Below, in pieces: positions 61,301 through 64,000 of a DNA stretch of 64,000 bases (position 1 is the stretch's first letter; every line of letters starts with the position of its first letter). Below the pieces are notes generated by a model. That model saw only the letters and a list, made by a program, of their open reading frames with translations, did no database searches and had not been told where the DNA came from. Position numbers and translations under genes: made by a program. Origin of the DNA: Candidatus Oxydemutatoraceae bacterium (GTDB lineage: Bacteria; Pseudomonadota; Gammaproteobacteria; Poriferisulfidales; Oxydemutatoraceae). Where the stretch lies: NCBI GenBank assembly GCA_965219575.1, contig OZ244779.1:32001-96000 (forward strand). Reading direction: 5' to 3'.

Positions 61301-64000
61301 AGCTCCTGAATTCCAACCGGCTAAACCCCCCACATCCGCCCTGCCTATAATGCGCTCTCCGGTATAACTATTTGTAATAATCCCGCTATTTTCCCCGGCT
61401 AAGCCACCGACTCTACCGCCCCCGTCCACTTTGACTTCCGCTCTGCTACGCATAATAATCCCGGTATTGTTGTTCCTGCCAACCAGACCACCGACTTCTT
61501 CCTCACCGTTCACATTCCCTTTTGCATAGCTATCGCTGATTGTGCCACCGTCGTTATCACCCACCAAACCACCGACATTCCGACGAAGTCCCACTACCGT
61601 ACTGCTTGAATAACTATCGGAAATCGTCCCACCACGATGCCAACCGACTAATCCTCCCACATCGTACGTGCCACTCCCTCTCACTTGTCCTGTTACATAA
61701 CTACCGATGATAGAACCGCCCTGTTTGTACCCGACTAAGCCACCTACACCTTGATTACCCGAAATATTCACATCTAATAAGCCGACATTTGCTATCTCGG
61801 CATTACTCGCCGTGATACCGAATAAACCAACACCTCTCGCAGCACTACTCCTATCTATTCTTAAGTTAGCAATCGTATGACCCTTTGCATTGAATGTGGC
61901 ATCAAAAGGTGCTTTTGAAGTACCGATCGGTAGCCAACCCGAACCCGTCGTCCAAGCCGTGCCGATAATTCCACTACGATAACTTGTGCTTCGTTCAAAA
62001 TCTAAACTCCGTTTTAGTTCATAGCCCTTACAACCCGCATCGGGACAACCTGTGGTAATCTTATCCGCCGTCTCGTTTTGTCTATAACCGCTACCGTCCA
62101 ACTGATAGCGAATGGCATCCAAACCTTCCAAATCATTTATTTCTATCAAGCCGTTGTTGTCTATATCAACATCTGTTATAAAAATAAATACTTCGGATAT
62201 AAGTACTTGTACATAGCCTTGCCCGTCGGTATAAGCATACTGTACGCGATACTCGGCGTAGGCCGTATCTTCGGGAACACGATACATATTGCCGGTAACA
62301 CCTTCTATGTCTATCCAATCGGCGTTTATATCCGCTCGCCGTTGCCACAAATAACTATTTATCGTGCCGGAACCGTCCGGGTCTGTTGACAAGTCTACTT
62401 CGGGGGCAGTTAATGTTCTATCCGATCGTGTAATAATAGGATCCGACTGTACTGCGGTACCATTATCCGCCTTAGCGATTGTCAATCTTAGGTCTTTAGT
62501 CTCAGTCTTCGTGCCATCGTTGATTTCCAATCTAATCGTAATCTCACGATCATCTTCGGTTTTGCTCAGGGAAAGCTCGGGTATCGGTACATCCAAAACC
62601 GCTTGACTAATTCCTTCCACCGGTAGTAGACGAAGCATTCCCGATACTTGTGTCCATTTATAACGCAATGTACTTTCATCTACATCCCGGGCGGTTGTTC
62701 TCTTTAGTATGATGCGCTCACCCTCGTTAAAAGTTCTATCGTTAAAGGCAAGCGTATATCGGATCAGTACATCATGGGATGTTAGCACTTCAACGGTAGC
62801 CGTAGTAACACCGACAGTGTTCAATGAAATCTCGGAACTCGTAGTACCACTCGGCATCCGTTCTCTGAAACCCCCACTACTTTCAATAATAATATCGGTA
62901 TCAAAGTTCGCAGCAGCCGGGGTCAGACGGATTTGCCTTATGTCGGTCTCGTCTATAACGCGATAACTTAATACTTCGGGCTTAAAGAACGGCGACAATA
63001 TCAAGCTACTCGGCAAACCCAATCGGAGCAACCCGAGACGTTGGTTCGGCTGCAATGTGCCGTCGCTATATTTGAGAGCAGGGTATTGTTCGGATGTGCC
63101 GAAATCCCATACATCGTCATCCCAGCTACTATATATCCCGGTCGATGTCGTGGGCAATTGCAACTCCGAAGTCGTCTTGCCTCTGCCACCGACACTACTC
63201 GCTCTACCGCTGGTCTGCCTATCCCAATAGCTATGTGTAATAACACCTGAACCAGCTGCGTTAAAACCGCCAGCATCGCGTTCCGCTACCACATTGCCGG
63301 TAGCATAGCTATTGGTAATAACACTCAGATGGAATCCGACAAAACCGCCAGCACCGCTTTCCGCTACCACATTGCCGGTGGCATAGCTATTGGTAATACT
63401 ACCATCAGTATCATGAAATCCGACAAAACCGCCACCGTCGTTGCCCGCTGTCACATTGCCGGTAGCATGGCTATTGGTAATAACAGCTGAACTAAATCCA
63501 ACAAAACCGCCAACGGTTTCGCCTCCCCGCACATGACTGGCCGCATAACTATTGGTAATACTGCCTCCTTCAGCCACTCCGATAAAACCGCCAACGGTTT
63601 GTACCGCTGCCACACTGCCGGTAGCATAGCTATCGGTAATAACAGCTGAACTAAATCCAATAAAACCGCCAACGGTTCCTCTCCCTCCCACATGACTGGC
63701 CGCATAACTATTTATAATGCGTGTTCCCTCACTTTGCCCGATAAAACCACCGGTTACTATGTCCCCTTCCACATTGCCGATAGCATGGCTATTTCTAATA
63801 CTACCAACTAAACTAATTCCGATAAAACCACCAACACCTCTGCTTTCCTCACCTCCTTGCACACGGCCGGTCGCATAGCCATTGATAATATTTACATCAT
63901 CAGTACTCCCGATAAAGCCGCCTACTCTTGAGCCTCCTTGCCCTCCCTGCACATTCCCGATAGCATAACTATTCATAATGCGTGTTCCCCCACTTTGCCC
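49352..64000 (-). CDS. giant repeat protein (>4880 aa, 5' end outside the window): GLUG modules, cadherin/Ig/PKD-like arrays, KVFLEG tail; putative adhesin
   Basis: The frame is open to 64000 (GQSGGTRIMNSYA...). It contains GGF(V/I)G/GGLVG repeats, DIDNNGLIEI..GYEL, NxxP.I cadherin-like linkers and YQWQVC..CP..YTDGQGY; ends LRIRTKVFLEGPLQ. Confidence 0.85.
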   Translation of the reverse strand, partial: GQSGGTRIMNSYAIGNVQGGQGGSRVGGFIGSTDDVNIINGYATGRVQGGEESRGVGGFIGISLVGSIRNSHAIGNVEGDIVTGGFIGQSEGTRIINSYAASHVGGRGTVGGFIGFSSAVITDSYATGSVAAVQTVGGFIGVAEGGSITNSYAASHVRGGETVGGFVGFSSAVITNSHATGNVTAGNDGGGFVGFHDTDGSITNSYATGNVVAESGAGGFVGFHLSVITNSYATGNVVAERDAGGFNAAGSGVITHSYWDRQTSGRASSVGGRGKTTSELQLPTTSTGIYSSWDDDVWDFGTSEQYPALKYSDGTLQPNQRLGLLRLGLPSSLILSPFFKPEVLSYRVIDETDIRQIRLTPAAANFDTDIIIESSGGFRERMPSGTTSSEISLNTVGVTTATVEVLTSHDVLIRYTLAFNDRTFNEGERIILKRTTARDVDESTLRYKWTQVSGMLRLLPVEGISQAVLDVPIPELSLSKTEDDREITIRLEINDGTKTETKDLRLTIAKADNGTAVQSDPIITRSDRTLTAPEVDLSTDPDGSGTINSYLWQRRADINADWIDIEGVTGNMYRVPEDTAYAEYRVQYAYTDGQGYVQVLISEVFIFITDVDIDNNGLIEINDLEGLDAIRYQLDGSGYRQNETADKITTGCPDAGCKGYELKRSLDFERSTSYRSGIIGTAWTTGSGWLPIGTSKAPFDATFNAKGHTIANLRIDRSSAARGVGLFGITASNAEIANVGLLDVNISGNQGVGGLVGYKQGGSIIGSYVTGQVRGSGTYDVGGLVGWHRGGTISDSYSSSTVVGLRRNVGGLVGDNDGGTISDSYAKGNVNGEEEVGGLVGRNNNTGIIMRSRAEVKVDGGGRVGGLAGENSGIITNSYTGERIIGRADVGGLAGWNSGAITNSYALGFVKGDNGVGGFVGNNLQGTITNSYARGNVDGANRYIGGLVGWSARGAIINSYAQGNVRGKDGVGGLVGVNLGLANNSGVGRVTKSYATGRVRGDANSGGLIGENRDGHVEKSYWNKTNNPTVVSAGGISRTSVEMQIPTQPGNSVTEIYYDWSTADWDFSATDQYPTLEYAVGLDQSQPACGTAEDPDCGTPLTGQLQIVRTAPIEPISDIRLLTETVKDLNVVLSVGIGDDPTQFKTGVKSSNDNIATASIAEGGGLVRTLRVFTGSDIGRSEITVSVDDGEGSADSVSSTTFVVTTETNDAPKITITSLSELISVDDRIVISVEVMDDNFDAGDRVLLTSSVVSEVLVEPRQIAGISSNKTERITLKGVRGGTAMVRFTVIDSKGAADSETVSVRVDAKPTGSVRIEPDSSNKWLLGSTSTIEDANGIAEVDYRWYRNGVVIANATNRNYMIADNREGRATGTSYRLELTVIDSIGQSVVIQSNSLRVANERPVIISTTATKMIGEGDTQNISVSASDPNYDNLMYRWSEDSGILSNEHSNPAILGIPPDYIKDAASTRTTVNLEVRVSDGELATTGTVSVVVNKQNNGSATLGNLIEIGSRETTLAVMVLSDDPDNGVSGAVGYQWQVCEGNEGRCPSESNWMNINDAGGTQYIISDSSILLEDGSTLPLVVGDSLFRVEGTYTDGQGYSEVVYSQGYSYSGRVNASPTISGLPLQRIRLFEGTETTLNVTINDADADDISGNLVFGVQSDIPEVARVDVAGAGTTRTIKITAIGAGIATITATVNDDRGVSNSKVSERFEVEVEGNEAPMLEVIAAPEQTTGLGNTTQVVVLVSDTNFDVGDRVVLEAMSSSRSRVSVLPTQTDTITTDTMITFMLTAEQSGEATITFTATDSKNVSTDTEVMVRVNTPPQVLSDDVPSRVVATVGEAFELKTSEFFADADDDVLRYSAVGLPQSIVITTTGTLVGVPLIGDASKNGTGLMVTVSVDDGIGGSTRTTFTLLIDAKPSGSLRVNPDDQWLLTAMVEDANGIVEVNYRWYRNGVAIASATSPTYTIPDNRAGRAAGTNYSLELTVIDSIEQSVVIQSNSYMIANERPIITSITVAEMINEGDTQDISVIARDPNYDDLMYRWSEDSGVLSNDNSNPTTLGIPPDYIQDAVSSRTTVNLEVRVSDGELATTGTVSVVVNKRNNGSARLGTSIEIVSAGTTLTTMVLSDDPDNGMSGAVAYQWQVCAGNEAGCPSANDWLDIDDATGTQYMILGSSISVEGGDLFLLVEGRSLFRVEGAYTDGQGYREEVYSQGYSYSKRVNASPTINGLPVQRIRLLEGTKTEFEVELNDPDADDISSDLVFGIQSDIPEVARVDVEGAGTTRTIKITAIGVGITTITATVNDGRGMSNSEVSERFEVEVEGNEAPMLEVIVFPQQILGLGNTTQVMVLISDINFDVGDRVVLEAMSSSRSIVSVIPTRTDPIATDMSVPFTLSGIKAGTATIVFTATDRSVSTDSVSLLVSVDAKPTGGVRVDPDDQWLLTAIVEDANGIVEVNYQWYREGVAIAGATSPTYTIADNREGRAAGTSYSLEMTVIDSLGQSVVIRSNSYTVANERPIITVPVAKMISEGDTQDISVTASDPNYDDLMYLWIGDSGVLSNENSNPARLSIPPYYIRDAVSTQTILNLEVGVSDGELFTTRTVLVVVNKKNNGSARLGLSLDEINGDTAIMTTVSSDDPDGGTGEAVAYQWQVCEGNGFFCPSENDWLDIEGATEAQYIISGSSILLEGGSRFQIVKDSSVFRAEATYTDGQGYSETIDAPRYTHRERVNNSPKISGIPLQRIRLFKGTETKFVVVLSDADTDDISSDLIFGIQSDEPEVVSVSVEGAGTTRTIKITAIGVGIATVTATVNDGRGVSNSEVSKQFEVEVEGNEAPMLEIIIAPQLAIKPGNTTQVVVLVSDTNFDIGDRVVLEAMSSSRSIVSVVPTQTDTITTDTSITFTLTGVKAGTAAITFIVMDGAGLRGSVALSVRVNARPNDSVSITPDDTNKWLLRSTSTIADASDIVGVNYRWYRNSIAITDATSRTYMITDNRAGRATGTSYRLDLIIMDNLGQSVVIESNLYVIANERPVITSITAAEMIAEGDTQNISVSASDANYDDLMYRWSEDSGILSNEHSNPATLNVPPDYIKDVASTRTTLNLEVEVSDGELATTSAVLVEVRKKNNGSATIRISVEIGSRGTTSTAMILSDDPDGGTSGTMVYQWQVCEGNEGRCPSQSHWMNIDDAGGIRYMISGSSILVEDGSTFPLVEGGSLFRVEGTYTDGQGYREEVYSQGYSYSTRVNASPTISGLPAQRIRLFEGTEAEFEVELNDLDADDISSNLVFGVRSDTPEVARVDVAGAGTTRTIKITGVGAGIATITATVNDDRGVSNSKVSERFEVEVEGNEAPMLEVIAVPMQTIGLGNTTQVVVLLSDTNFDVGDRVVLEAVSSSRSRVSVLPTQTDTITTDTIITLMLTAKQSGEATITFTATDSKNVSTDTEVMVRVNTPPQVLFDNVPSRVVATVGEAFELKTSEFFADADDDVLRYSAVGLPQSIVITTTGTLVGVPLIGDASKNETGLMVTVFVDDGIGGSTRTTFTLLIDAKPSGSLRIEPDNSDKWLLRAASTIEDANGIVEVDYRWYRNGVAIAGATSQTYTIPDTRAGRTAGTSYSLEMMVVDSIGQSVIIQSNSHTIANERPVIIVSGAEMINEGDTQDISVSASDPNYDDLMYRWSEDSGVLSNDNSNPATLGIPPDYIKDAASARTTLNLEVRVSDGALFTTRTLSVVVNKRNNGSARLGTAIEIVSAGTTLTTMVLSDDPDNGINGAVAYQWQVCAGNEAGCPSANDWLDIDDATGTQYMILGSSISVEGGSAFPLVEGGSLFRAAGTYTDGQGYREAVYSQGYSYSTRVNVSPTISGLPARRIRLLEGTETEFEVVLNDADADDISSDLVFGIQSGTPEVARVDVEGAGTTRTIKITAIGVGIATITATVNDGRGVSNSEVSERFEVEVEGNEAPMLEVIAAPNRTIGLGNTTQVMVLVSDADFDVGDGVVLEAMSSSRSIVSVIPTRTDPIATDMSVPFTLSGIKAGTATIVFTATDRSVSTDSVSLLVSVDAKPTGGVRIEPDSSNQWLLRVASTVEDANGIVEVNYQWYREGVAIANATNPTYTIPDSRNGRAVGTSYSLEMTVMDSLGQSVVIRSNPYEVANEQPVITVPVAEISEGDRQDISVTASDPNYDDLVYRWIGDSGVLSNENSNPARLSIPPYYIRDAVSTQTILNLEVEVNDGELFTTRTVLVVVNKKNNDFARLGVSLDEINGDTAILATVSSDDPDGGTGEAVAYQWQVCEGNGFSCPSANDWLDIDGANEAQYIISGSSILLEGGSRFQIVKDISVFRAEATYTDGQGYRETIDTPGYTHRERVNNSPTISGIPSQRISLLEGAEAVFGVELSDADADDISSDLIFGIQSDEPEVASVSVAGAGTTRTIKITGIGAGITTVTATVNDRRGVSNSEVSKRFEVAVEGNEAPMLELIAAPQPAIRLGNTTQVMVLISDTNFDVGDGVVLAARSSSRTIVSVIPTQTDTITTDTSITFTLTGVIAGTATVVFTATDSRGSTANVSLLVRVGKKPTGRVRIEPDNSNKWLLRATSTLEDADNIVGVNYRWYREGVAITDATSRTYMIADNKLGRATGTSYRLDLIIMDNLGQSVVIQSNSYIVANERPVITSTTATEVIGEGDTQNISVSASDANYDDLMYRWSEDSGVFSNDNSNPATLDIPPDYIKDAASTRTTLNLEVEVSDGELATTSAVLVEVRKKNNGSATIRISVEIVSGGTTLTAMILSDDPDGGTSGTVVYQWQVCEGNEGRCPSESHWMNIDDAGGIRYMISGSSILVEGGNRFSVVEDGSLFRVKGTYTDGQGYREAVYSPERVYTTRPLLRIRTKVFLEGPLQ

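Overview
This is a 64-kb chromosomal window from a gammaproteobacterium, inferred from the style of rpoD, groEL, ubiA and amgK-murU. The scrambled gene order and giant surface proteins suggest a host-associated organism. Housekeeping genes (ubiA, hemL, rpoD, rpmE/B/G, bioF/B, amgK-murU-nadC-pyrE, groES/EL, two tRNAs) alternate with three kinds of accessory DNA. (1) A family of secreted proteins from 184 aa to more than 4,880 aa, which all end in the same 14-residue tail (I/L)x(I/V)RxKVFLEG(P/F/S)LQ-stop. The tail occurs five times. The three members with a visible N-terminus have a Sec signal peptide ending in xxA|Q, and none has a T1SS, autotransporter or TPS signature. This is the best candidate for an undescribed sorting/secretion system. 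(2) A nested family of intergenic repeats: CCCCTCC-N3-GGAGGGG hairpin elements, GGGGCTGTTGAAAA-ended MITEs that insert at one fixed position beside them with 5-bp target duplications, GTAG-type REPs, and a covarying hairpin. One MITE carries a REP-associated tyrosine transposase (RAYT). (3) One full and one internally deleted IS3-family element, an orphan MT-A70 methyltransferase, three small coiled-coil/TM proteins and several gene remnants. All calls come from reading the sequence; no database searches were run.
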